Of a DNA stretch of 64,000 bases, positions 44,526 through 52,441 are shown in pieces (position 1 is the first letter of the stretch; every line of letters begins with the position of its first letter). Source of the stretch: an uncultured Cryobacterium sp. (GTDB lineage: Bacteria > Actinomycetota > Actinomycetes > Actinomycetales > Microbacteriaceae); NCBI GenBank assembly GCA_964651535.1, contig CAZYYE010000001.1:273547-337546 (forward strand), in the 5' to 3' direction. The position numbers were made by a program, and so were the translations under genes. The notes beneath the pieces were generated by a model. It ran no database searches and was not told the origin of the DNA. It saw nothing but the letters and a program-made list of their open reading frames with translations.

Positions 44526-45265
44526 GTGCTTTCCGCCGTCCGCCGCGCGTCACGCCTCTCCCGCGGTGAGGGGAAATCCTGGTTCATCCGGATCGTGCGC
44601 CACGCCCACACGAGCCGCCTCGACAGCCCAGGCCAGTTGTCGAACGGGCGCGCCGAGATCCCCACGCGCAACCGCGAATCGTAGAGGACCTCCATGTCCG
44701 GCTGGATGCGAAAGCTGATGTAGAGGTCGTCATGGACGTGCGCGAGCGTGGGGTCCACGAGGGGCCGGATGCGGCTCCACGCCCGGGCACGGATCGCCAT
44801 GTTCGAGCCGAAGAGCGGCGGGTGACCCAGGTACAGGCCAATGGCAAGGAAGTATCCGCCAATGTAGACGACGCGGCCGAGCCAGCACACGAGGGGGCCC
44901 GCGCCGTAAAAGTCGCCCGGCCCGGTCACTGCGGCCAGACCTCGGTCGCCGCGGAACGTCCGGTCCACTCGCTCCAGCCAATCCGGCGGCGGAACGGAAT
45001 CGGCATCCAGCCGGGCCAGGATGTCCCCCGTCGCTGCGTCGAAACCCGCCGTAGTCGCGGGAAGAATTCCACGCACGGGTTGAGAGATGACGCGAGCACC
45101 TCCCGCCCGTGCCACCTCGGCGCTGTTGTCGGTGCAGCCGTTGTCCACGACGATGATTTCGTCTGCTGGCCGCGACTGAGCGGCCAGGGCATCCAGACAC
45201 GTACGCAACATGGTCGCGTCATTGAGAACCGGAATCACCACAGATATCGAGGCCATCGTAGGCAT
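44522..45265 (-). CDS. Glycosyltransferase family 2
   Basis: VVIPVLND, VVDNGCTD and RLDADS (DxD) motifs. Confidence 0.85.
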   Translation of the reverse strand: MPTMASISVVIPVLNDATMLRTCLDALAAQSRPADEIIVVDNGCTDNSAEVARAGGARVISQPVRGILPATTAGFDAATGDILARLDADSVPPPDWLERVDRTFRGDRGLAAVTGPGDFYGAGPLVCWLGRVVYIGGYFLAIGLYLGHPPLFGSNMAIRARAWSRIRPLVDPTLAHVHDDLYISFRIQPDMEVLYDSRLRVGISARPFDNWPGLSRRLVWAWRTIRMNQDFPSPRERRDARRTAEST

Positions 45266-45310
45266 GATCTTATGATGATCCGCCCGCTACCTCACTCGGG
45301 ACCACGACGG

Positions 45311-45598
45311 TCACTCCGTCAGGTCCGACAGGCGCTTCATGAGTTGGCGGTTTGTTGCTTCCAGGTCCAGCACGCGGCGCGCTCCAGCGAGGTTCACGCC
45401 TTCCTCCAGAAGTGCGACGATTCTGCGCAGTACCGTCACGTCGCGCTCGCTGTACCGCCTGGTCCCACCCGCTGTGCGCACCGGGGTGAGGAGCCCCTTT
45501 CGTTCGTAGAGGCGAAGGGCTTGTTCGCGAGCGCCGGACAGTTCGGCGGCGACGGTAATACCGTAAACACCCCGTGTGGATTCAGAGTCGTTCGTCAC
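45311..45598 (-). CDS. HspR-like MerR-family heat-shock transcriptional regulator
   Basis: YGITVAAELSGAREQALRLYERKGLLTPVRTAGGTRRYSERDV ... GVNLAG closely parallels HspR. It is divergent from hsp20. Confidence 0.85.
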   Translation of the reverse strand: MTNDSESTRGVYGITVAAELSGAREQALRLYERKGLLTPVRTAGGTRRYSERDVTVLRRIVALLEEGVNLAGARRVLDLEATNRQLMKRLSDLTE

Positions 45599-45619
45599 CA
45601 GATTCTCCAGATTTCAGGC

Positions 45620-45678
45620 TTGAATTTCTCATCGAAGAGAGATATAAAATCTATACCACTCGACATAGATGTGTCGAG
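45620..45678 (+). promoter_or_regulatory. Candidate hsp20 promoter (TTGAAT-17-TATAAA) with downstream inverted repeat CTCGACA-N6-TGTCGAG
   Basis: -35 at 45620-45625, -10 at 45643-45648, and a perfect 7-bp-arm inverted repeat at 45659-45678. The intergenic region is AT-rich. Confidence 0.45.
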
Positions 45679-45714
45679 ATTTCCCTAGACAAGTGAAATG
45701 GAGGAGTTCGAGAA

Positions 45715-46155
45715 ATGCTGTTGCAACACGACCCTTTCCGCGACCTCGACCGGCTCACGCAGCAGGTCTTCGGGACCGTCGCCAGACCGAGCAGTATGCC
45801 CCTGGACGCGTGGCGCGAGGACGACGAATTCGTGGTCGAACTCGACCTGCCGGGCATCGACCCCGACCGGCTGGACATCGATGTCGAGCGCAACGTGCTC
45901 ACAATCCGCGCCGAGCGCCTGAGCAATGTTCCGGATGCTGCCAACATGGTGGCGGCCGAGCGTTCGTGGGGCGTCTTCAGCCGCCAGTTGGTCTTGGGCG
46001 ATGCACTCAACACCGACAAGGTCGATGCGGACTACACGGCCGGAGTGTTGAGATTGCGAATCCCCATCGCTGAGCAGGCCAAGCCTCGCAAGATTGCGAT
46101 CTCGAGTCGCGATTCCCTCGAAGGCAAAAAGGAGCGCAAGCGGATCAGCGCGTAG
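45715..46155 (+). CDS. Hsp20/alpha-crystallin family small heat-shock protein
   Basis: Alpha-crystallin domain ([30 protein letters not shown] ... GVLRLRIP). Confidence 0.9.
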   Translation: MLLQHDPFRDLDRLTQQVFGTVARPSSMPLDAWREDDEFVVELDLPGIDPDRLDIDVERNVLTIRAERLSNVPDAANMVAAERSWGVFSRQLVLGDALNTDKVDADYTAGVLRLRIPIAEQAKPRKIAISSRDSLEGKKERKRISA

Positions 46156-46176
46156 CGCGCGGTATCAGGATGGGGT

Positions 46177-46458
46177 GTGACAGTGACGATGTCAGCGGCA
46201 AGGGCCGCCACCACCGTTCCGAAAGGCGATCTCATCGCCCTGGAAGTGCTGCTCCTCGATCGGGACTGGGTCGCCGCCGAGTTTGCGGCGATCATGAACG
46301 CCTCCGGGTTCCGTGACACGACCGGTGTCGCAACCCTGAGCCCCCGGCCATCCGAAACGGCGCGGCGCCGCTTTGAGCGGGAGAGTGGGGCCCACGCGCG
46401 GGACGCTCTGGCTGGACCGCGCGGTGACGTGAAGGTGCGGTCGCCTCCGGAGAGGTGA
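46177..46458 (+). CDS. Hypothetical protein
   Basis: 93-aa ORF downstream of hsp20. I do not recognise the family. Confidence 0.4.
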   Translation: MTVTMSAARAATTVPKGDLIALEVLLLDRDWVAAEFAAIMNASGFRDTTGVATLSPRPSETARRRFERESGAHARDALAGPRGDVKVRSPPER

Positions 46459-46551
46459 CTATTCACGATGCGCCCGGAGCCCCGGTGTAGGGCTCCGGGC
46501 CAGACCGGGGCACGTTGCCCCGCAAGAGGCAAGCGGAAGGAGTTGAGGACT

Positions 46552-46797
46552 ATGACAATGACGCTGGAGCGACCACGGGAGAATGTGCGCGAATCCGCGC
46601 ACTTCCTGCAATGGCGCGCTCATCAAGCCGGAGTGTGGCTTGCCTATCAGTCCCATCGCTTCGTCGGCATGGTTGAAGAGAGCTGGGGCAACGGATTCAC
46701 CGCGACGACGAGGCTCGGGCGAACTGTCGGGCAGTTCCCGACGCTCGGGCAGGCGAAGTCCGCACTCGAAAGCGCCGCCGTCGAATCCTCGCTGTAG
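46552..46797 (+). CDS. Hypothetical protein
   Basis: 81 aa from ATG 46552, preceded by GGAAGGAG. The track start at 46468 is probably an extension. Confidence 0.4.
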   Translation: MTMTLERPRENVRESAHFLQWRAHQAGVWLAYQSHRFVGMVEESWGNGFTATTRLGRTVGQFPTLGQAKSALESAAVESSL

Positions 46798-46940
46798 CGG
46801 CGGACGCACGCGCGCTCCCTAAGCCATTCCCGACGGCGCCGGTGCGGCCGGGACCGCCGACAGGTTCCGGCCGCACGGGCGCGGCGCCGAGCTAGTCCCT
46901 CCGCCGAATATGCTGGTGTGCGGACAGTCAAAGAGGAGCG

Positions 46941-47567
46941 ATGGCAGAGAGCAAAACCGCCGCGCGCACCGGGCGCTCGCCGAAAGGCGCAGTCAAACGC
47001 GAGGCGATTCTGGATGCGGCGCTCGCCGTGTTCGGCGAGGTGGGCCTCCACGGTGCGTCGCTTCGCGAGATCGCGAGCCGGGTCGACGTGAGCCACCAGT
47101 CGCTCATGCACTACTTTCCGACCAAGAACGAACTGCTCATGGCGGTGTTGCGCCGACGCGACGAACGCCTGCGCCGGCACTTCACCGATGAGGGCGGTAT
47201 GGCGCTCGGCGAGCTTCTGTCTCTCGCCGAGGACAACGCGGGGATGCCGGGCGTCATCGAGCTGTACAACATGGCATCGGCGGAGGCGACGAACAGCGAA
47301 CATCCGGCGCACGCCTATTACGCCGAGTTCTACGAGAGCATCATCGCCTCGAGCGCGCGATACCTGCAGCGTGCTGCAGATCGCGGCGCCCTGCGGGAAG
47401 GATGGACGCCGGAGACGGCGGCGCGCGCGATCCTCGGGATGATGGACGGATTGCAGCTCCAATGGCTCTACGACCGCGACGATGTTCATGTGGCGAAGAC
47501 ATTGAACTTGCTGGTCAGCAGCATAATTTCGGTACCGCTCGCCGATCTGGACGGGCCCGCGAAATAA
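46941..47567 (+). CDS. TetR family transcriptional regulator
   Basis: N-terminal HTH, FGEVGLHGASLREIASRVDVSHQSLMHYFPTK. Confidence 0.85.
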   Translation: MAESKTAARTGRSPKGAVKREAILDAALAVFGEVGLHGASLREIASRVDVSHQSLMHYFPTKNELLMAVLRRRDERLRRHFTDEGGMALGELLSLAEDNAGMPGVIELYNMASAEATNSEHPAHAYYAEFYESIIASSARYLQRAADRGALREGWTPETAARAILGMMDGLQLQWLYDRDDVHVAKTLNLLVSSIISVPLADLDGPAK

Positions 47568-47606
47568 ACTTGCCACTTGGCAAGGTTTAGGGACTATTCT
47601 GGCATC

Positions 47607-50600
47607 ATGGCCAAGTCTTCCTCTGTGCGCGCACGCCCATCGGCCTCCGCGCACGACACCACCCCCGCGCTCCCCGAGACGATCGGCAACGATGCCGTCG
47701 AGCTCGCCCGCGACTGGGCGCGGCGGGGCGCCGAGAACGGAACGGACGGCTCGGCCGCACTCCTTGCGCAAGTGCTCAAGGACGAGAACGGCCTCGACTT
47801 CACGATCGGATTCGTGGACCGCGTCATCCGCCCGGAGGACCTCCGCGTCGCCGCCCGCAATCTCGCCTACCTTGCGAGGCGCACCCCCGCATTCCTGCCC
47901 TGGTACATGAAGTTCGCTATCCGACTCGGCGGCCTCGTCGCCCCGATCCTGCCGTGGCCGGTCGTTCCGATCGCCCGAGCCGTGCTGCGCCAGATGCTCG
48001 CGCACCTCATCGTGGATGCGCGCCCGGCCAAGCTCGGGCCCGCCATCGCCCGGTTGAAGAAGCCCGGCATCCGGCTCAACATCAACCTGCTCGGCGAGAT
48101 CGTGCTCGGCAAAGCCGAAGCCGAGCGCCGCCTTGAAGGCACGAAGAAGCTCCTGCAGCGCCCGGATGTCGACTACGTCTCCATCAAAGTGTCCTCGATC
48201 GAGAGCCAGCTCAACCTGTGGGCGTTCGACGAGACGGTCGAGCGCGTACGCAAGCGCCTCACGCCGCTGTACGAACTCGCCGCAAAAAGCCCGACCCCCA
48301 AATTCATCAACATGGACATGGAGGAGTACCGCGACCTCCACCTCACGATCGCGGTGTTCGAGGCCATCCTCGACCAGCCCCAGCTGCTGAAGCTCGAGGC
48401 GGGCATCGTGCTTCAGGCCTACCTTCCGGATGCGCTCGCCGCCTACCAGCACATCGTCGAGTGGTCGACGGCGCGGGTCGCCCGCGGCGGGGCGCCGGTG
48501 AAGATCCGCCTCGTGAAGGGCGCGAACCTCGCCATGGAGACCGTCGAAGCGACCCTGCACGGCTGGGAGCTCGCGACGTGTCACAGCAAACAGGCGACCG
48601 ACACGAATTACAAGCGCGTGCTCGACTGGGCGCTCACGCGCGAACGCACGACGGCCGTGCGCATCGGAGTCGCGGGCCACAACCTGTTTGACGTCGCGTT
48701 CGCGCACTTGCTCGCCGAAGCGCGCGGCGTCTCCGACCACGTCGACTTCGAGATGCTGCTCGGCATGGCCGAGGGCCAGGCGGATGCCGTGCGCAAGGAC
48801 GTCGGCGGCCTGCTGCTCTACACGCCCGTCGTGCTTCCGCAGGAGTTCGACGTCGCAATCGGCTACCTCGTGCGCCGGCTCGAGGAGAATGCGAGCCAGG
48901 AAAACTTCATGTCGGCCGTATTCGAACTCGTCGATAACGAAGAACTGTGGAACCGCGAGCGCGACCGTTTCCTCGCGTCGCTTGCGGACCTCGACACGGT
49001 CGTGCCGAAGCCCAACCGCCAGCAGTCCCGCCTCGCCCCGCACACGCCCTTTGGCGCCGAGTTCGCGAACACCCCGGATACCGACCCCGCGCTCCCCGCC
49101 AACCGAGAGTGGGGCACGAAGGTGCTCAGCGCGGTGGAGAAGAGTCCTCTCGGCGTCGACATCGTCGCGGCGGCCGCCGTGGCCGACGAGAAGCAGCTCG
49201 ACGCCGTGTTTGCGCGCGTCCTTCCTGCCGCGAAGGGCTGGGCCGCCCTCGGCGGCAAGGGCCGCGCGGCGATCCTTCGCAAGGCCGCCGACGTGCTCGA
49301 GGAAAGCCGCGGCGACCTCATCGAGGTCATGGCCGCCGAGGCGGGCAAGACGATCGGCGAGGGCGACGTGGAGGTGAGCGAGGCGATCGACTTCGCCCGC
49401 TACTACGCGCAGCTCGCAGAAGAACTCGAAAACGTGGATGGCGCGAAGTACACGCCGTCGCAGCTCATCGTCGTGACTCCGCCGTGGAACTTCCCCGTCG
49501 CGATCCCCGCAGGCTCGACGCTCGCTGCGCTCGCTTCGGGCGCATCCGTCATCATCAAACCTGCGAAGCAGGCGCAGCGCTCCGGGGCGGTCATGGTGGA
49601 CGCGCTCTGGCGGGCTGGCGTGCCGCGCGACGTGCTCGCGCTCGTGGACCTCAAGGACCGCAGCCTCGGCGAGAAGATGGTGGCGCACCGCCAAGTGGAT
49701 CGCGTGATTCTCACGGGCGGCTACGAGACGGCCGAGCTGTTCCGCTCGTGGCGGCCGGAGCTGAACATCCTTGCCGAGACGAGCGGCAAGAACGCGATCA
49801 TCGTCACGCCCTCCGCCGACATCGACCTGGCCGTGTCCGACGTCGTGAAGAGCGCGTTCGGCCACGCGGGGCAGAAGTGTTCGGCCGCGAGCCTCGTGAT
49901 CCTGGTCGGGTCCGTTGGCCGATCTGAACGGTTCGAGCGGCAGCTCGTGGATGCCGTGACGACGCTGCGCGTCGGCTACCCGAGCGATCCGACGACGCAA
50001 ATGGGTCCGATCATCGAGGCCGCCAACGGCAAGCTCAAGAAGGGTCTCACCGAGCTGGGCCCTGGCGAGCGCTGGCTGCTGGAACCCGAACGGCTCGACG
50101 AGAGCGGCCGCTTGTGGTCGCCTGGAGTGCGCACCGATGTGACGCCGGGCAGCTACTACCATCTCACCGAATTCTTCGGGCCGATCCTCGGCATCATGCG
50201 CGCGGCGACCCTCGAAGAAGCGATCCGCCTGCAGAACCAGGTCGACTACGGGCTCACCGCGGGGCTGCACTCGCTCAACCCTGATGAGCTCGCCACGTGG
50301 CTCGCCACAGTCGAGGCCGGAAACCTGTACGTGAACCGAGGCATCACCGGGGCGATCGTGCGCCGGCAGCCGTTCGGCGGGTGGAAGCGCTCCGTCGTCG
50401 GCGCGAGCACGAAGGCCGGCGGCCCGAACTACCTCGTGCACCTCGGATCGTGGAAGAGCGCGAAGGCCACGACTCCCGATTCGGTGCAGCTTTCGGATGC
50501 GGTTGCCGCGATCGTTGCCGCTTCGGGCTCGGACTTCGTCACGCGTGCCGCGCGCAGCGACCAGGCGGAGTGGGAGCGCGAGTTCGGCGTCGCGAAGGAC

Positions 50601-51110
50601 GTGTCGGCGTTGGGCGTCGAGCGGGACGTGTTCCGCTACCGCCCGCTGCCGGTGACGGTTCGGTTGAATGCGGGCGGCTTGGTCGACGAGCTCGCGCGCG
50701 TCGTCGCCGCCGGTGTCCGGGCCGGCGGGTTGCTCGCCAACGGGGAGGCCGCTGACCGTGACAAGACCGGGCGCAATGTCTCGGTGAGTGTTGCGGAGCG
50801 GCTGCCTGCAGAGCTTGAGCGGGCGATCAAGGCGACCGGGGCATCCGTCTCGGTGGAAAGCGACGAGGAATGGCTCGCACGTGCGCGCGACGGAAAGCTC
50901 GACACGTCGCGGGTGCGGCTGGTCGGTGGCGGTCACGTCGCTCTCGCGGAGGCGCTCGGCGGAAGCCCCGACGTCGCGATCTACTCGGAGACCGTGACGG
51001 AGGCAGGCCGCGTTGAGCTCTTGCCGTTCCTGCGCGAGCAGGCGATCGCGATCACGGCGCACCGTTTCGGCAACCCGGACCACTGGTCCGAGGCCGTGCT
51101 GCCGCTCTGA
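47607..51110 (+). CDS. putA: Bifunctional proline dehydrogenase / L-glutamate gamma-semialdehyde dehydrogenase
   Basis: 1167 aa with a PRODH barrel followed by an ALDH domain carrying ETSGKNA and FGHAGQKCSAAS (catalytic Cys). I prefer the start at ATG 47607. Confidence 0.9.
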   Translation: MAKSSSVRARPSASAHDTTPALPETIGNDAVELARDWARRGAENGTDGSAALLAQVLKDENGLDFTIGFVDRVIRPEDLRVAARNLAYLARRTPAFLPWYMKFAIRLGGLVAPILPWPVVPIARAVLRQMLAHLIVDARPAKLGPAIARLKKPGIRLNINLLGEIVLGKAEAERRLEGTKKLLQRPDVDYVSIKVSSIESQLNLWAFDETVERVRKRLTPLYELAAKSPTPKFINMDMEEYRDLHLTIAVFEAILDQPQLLKLEAGIVLQAYLPDALAAYQHIVEWSTARVARGGAPVKIRLVKGANLAMETVEATLHGWELATCHSKQATDTNYKRVLDWALTRERTTAVRIGVAGHNLFDVAFAHLLAEARGVSDHVDFEMLLGMAEGQADAVRKDVGGLLLYTPVVLPQEFDVAIGYLVRRLEENASQENFMSAVFELVDNEELWNRERDRFLASLADLDTVVPKPNRQQSRLAPHTPFGAEFANTPDTDPALPANREWGTKVLSAVEKSPLGVDIVAAAAVADEKQLDAVFARVLPAAKGWAALGGKGRAAILRKAADVLEESRGDLIEVMAAEAGKTIGEGDVEVSEAIDFARYYAQLAEELENVDGAKYTPSQLIVVTPPWNFPVAIPAGSTLAALASGASVIIKPAKQAQRSGAVMVDALWRAGVPRDVLALVDLKDRSLGEKMVAHRQVDRVILTGGYETAELFRSWRPELNILAETSGKNAIIVTPSADIDLAVSDVVKSAFGHAGQKCSAASLVILVGSVGRSERFERQLVDAVTTLRVGYPSDPTTQMGPIIEAANGKLKKGLTELGPGERWLLEPERLDESGRLWSPGVRTDVTPGSYYHLTEFFGPILGIMRAATLEEAIRLQNQVDYGLTAGLHSLNPDELATWLATVEAGNLYVNRGITGAIVRRQPFGGWKRSVVGASTKAGGPNYLVHLGSWKSAKATTPDSVQLSDAVAAIVAASGSDFVTRAARSDQAEWEREFGVAKDVSALGVERDVFRYRPLPVTVRLNAGGLVDELARVVAAGVRAGGLLANGEAADRDKTGRNVSVSVAERLPAELERAIKATGASVSVESDEEWLARARDGKLDTSRVRLVGGGHVALAEALGGSPDVAIYSETVTEAGRVELLPFLREQAIAITAHRFGNPDHWSEAVLPL

Positions 51111-51355
51111 CGAAATCCCCTCGAAAGACACCGTTCAGCCGCTTTAAGGGGCATATTCCGTATGGGACGGGCTCCCGCGCGCCCACGAATGTCGGTAGCA
51201 CGGCGTATTCTTGGAAAAAGTTCGCGACACGCCGAAACCACAACATGTAGGGGAATGACACGGGTGTGATTCCCGTTATATAGTAGGAGACCACGTGGGG
51301 GCCGGATTGGTTCCTATCCAGTTTCCGGCTCCAATTACAGACTTAGGAGGTCACC

Positions 51356-51439
51356 ATGGAGAACGACACCGACAGCGTTGGCGGTTACGCAGTTCCCGTC
51401 GACCCAATGGATCTTCTGCAGTGCGACAGCTGCCAGTAG
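51356..51439 (+). CDS. Orphan 27-aa ORF (MENDTDSVGGYAVPVDPMDLLQCDSCQ)
   Basis: AGGAGG lies 5 nt upstream of the ATG. Promoter-like ATGACA / TATAGT boxes sit at 51255-51284, and a hairpin terminator follows directly. The ORF is below the track cutoff and I recognise no homologue. Confidence 0.4.
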   Translation: MENDTDSVGGYAVPVDPMDLLQCDSCQ

Positions 51440-51464
51440 GCAGCGCACTGACGTAATCCCCCAG

Positions 51465-51504
51465 CGAAGCCCCGGACCCCAAAGGTTACCGGGGCTTCGT
51501 CTTT
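51465..51504 (+). terminator. Stem-loop CGAAGCCCCGG / CCGGGGCTTCG followed by TCTTT
   Basis: Perfect 11-bp GC-rich stem (51465-51475 / 51489-51499), 26 nt after the small-ORF stop, with a short T-containing tail. Confidence 0.55.
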
Positions 51505-51515
51505 CCCCACGACCC

Positions 51516-51578
51516 CCGCGAGTGTGCACTTGTGGCGGTTCTGGGGCGATGAAAACGACCACAAGTGCACACTCGCGG
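51516..51578. other. 20-bp perfect inverted repeat (CCGCGAGTGTGCACTTGTGG / CCACAAGTGCACACTCGCGG), 23-nt loop
   Basis: Arms at 51516-51535 and 51559-51578, checked base by base. The repeat ends 18 nt before the start of the MaoC-type gene. Confidence 0.7.
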
Positions 51579-51596
51579 ACATGAGAGGATGGGCGG

Positions 51597-52043
51597 ATGG
51601 CAGTGAACCCTGACATCGCCGGGCGTGAGTTCCCCCCGGCCGCGCCATACCTGGTCGGCCGCGAGAAAGTGCGCGAATTCGCCCGAGCCGTGTTCTCCGA
51701 CAACCCCATCAACCACGATCCGGATGCCGCGATCACCGCAGGCTACCCGGATGTTGTGGCCCCGCCCACGTTCCCCATCGTCGTGCAGGAGCGCACCCTC
51801 GCCCAGCTTCTCGCCGAACCGGATGCCGGCATCGACTTCGCCCGTGTCGTCCACGGCGACCAGAAGTTCAGCTACTCGCGCCCCATCGTCGCCGGCGACG
51901 AGCTCACGGCAACGCTCACCGTCACGAGCGTGAAATCGCTCGGAGGACACAGCATGGTCACCTCCGAGTCGACCATCGTCGACGCGGCGGGCAAGCACGT
52001 CGTGACCGCGACATCCACCCTCGTCGTACGGGGTGACGAATGA
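51597..52043 (+). CDS. MaoC-like dehydratase, N-terminal hot-dog subunit (HadA-like)
   Basis: 148 aa with the FAS1-like dehydratase N-terminal pattern (PYLVGREKVREFARAV). ATGA overlap with the next gene. Confidence 0.8.
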   Translation: MAVNPDIAGREFPPAAPYLVGREKVREFARAVFSDNPINHDPDAAITAGYPDVVAPPTFPIVVQERTLAQLLAEPDAGIDFARVVHGDQKFSYSRPIVAGDELTATLTVTSVKSLGGHSMVTSESTIVDAAGKHVVTATSTLVVRGDE

Positions 52044-52441
52044 GCGAGCTGACCGTGGGCGACATTGTCGCCGAACGCGATTTCCAGCTCACGCGCGACT
52101 CGCTCGTGCGGTATGCGGGCGCCTCGGGCGACTTCAATCCCATCCACTACCGCGACGACGTCGCCACGAGCGTCGGCCTGCCCGGCGTGCTCGCCCACGG
52201 GATGCTCACCATGGGCATCGCCGCCCAACCCGTCATCGACTGGCTCGGCGACCCCGGCCGCGTCGTCGACTACCAGGTGCGCTTCACGCGCCCCGTTCTC
52301 GTCGACGCGACGGATGGCGCACGCGTGCGCGTGGTCGCCAAGGTCGGCGCCATCGATGAGGACAGCGCCAGAGTCGACCTCACCGTCACGTTCGAGGATG
52401 AAACCGTGCTGGGCAAAGCCCAGTTGCGCATCCGCCTATGA
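52040..52441 (+). CDS. MaoC family (R)-hydratase/dehydratase catalytic subunit (HadB-like)
   Basis: 133 aa with YAGASGDFNPIHYRDDVA (hydratase motif) and GMLTMG. Confidence 0.85.
   Translation: MSELTVGDIVAERDFQLTRDSLVRYAGASGDFNPIHYRDDVATSVGLPGVLAHGMLTMGIAAQPVIDWLGDPGRVVDYQVRFTRPVLVDATDGARVRVVAKVGAIDEDSARVDLTVTFEDETVLGKAQLRIRL

Noticed and set aside
45659-45678. Calling the hsp20 inverted repeat a bona fide HAIR element
   Set aside because: The half-sites and spacing (7-N6-7, CTCGACA) differ from the HspR consensus CTTGAGT-N7-ACTCAAG. I report it only as a candidate variant operator.
46647-51131. 1494-aa minus-strand ORF, the longest in the window
   Set aside because: It is exactly antisense to tetR and putA, whose products have clear catalytic motifs. 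The translation is an Arg/Ala/Gly/Pro-rich low-complexity string with no recognisable domain. This is a typical high-GC shadow ORF.
36201-51355. A third, degenerate copy of the tRNA-Met att core marking an older island boundary
   Set aside because: Only 8-9 nt chance matches (for example CGAATCCCC near 46050) were seen by eye. A computational search is needed, so I make no claim.
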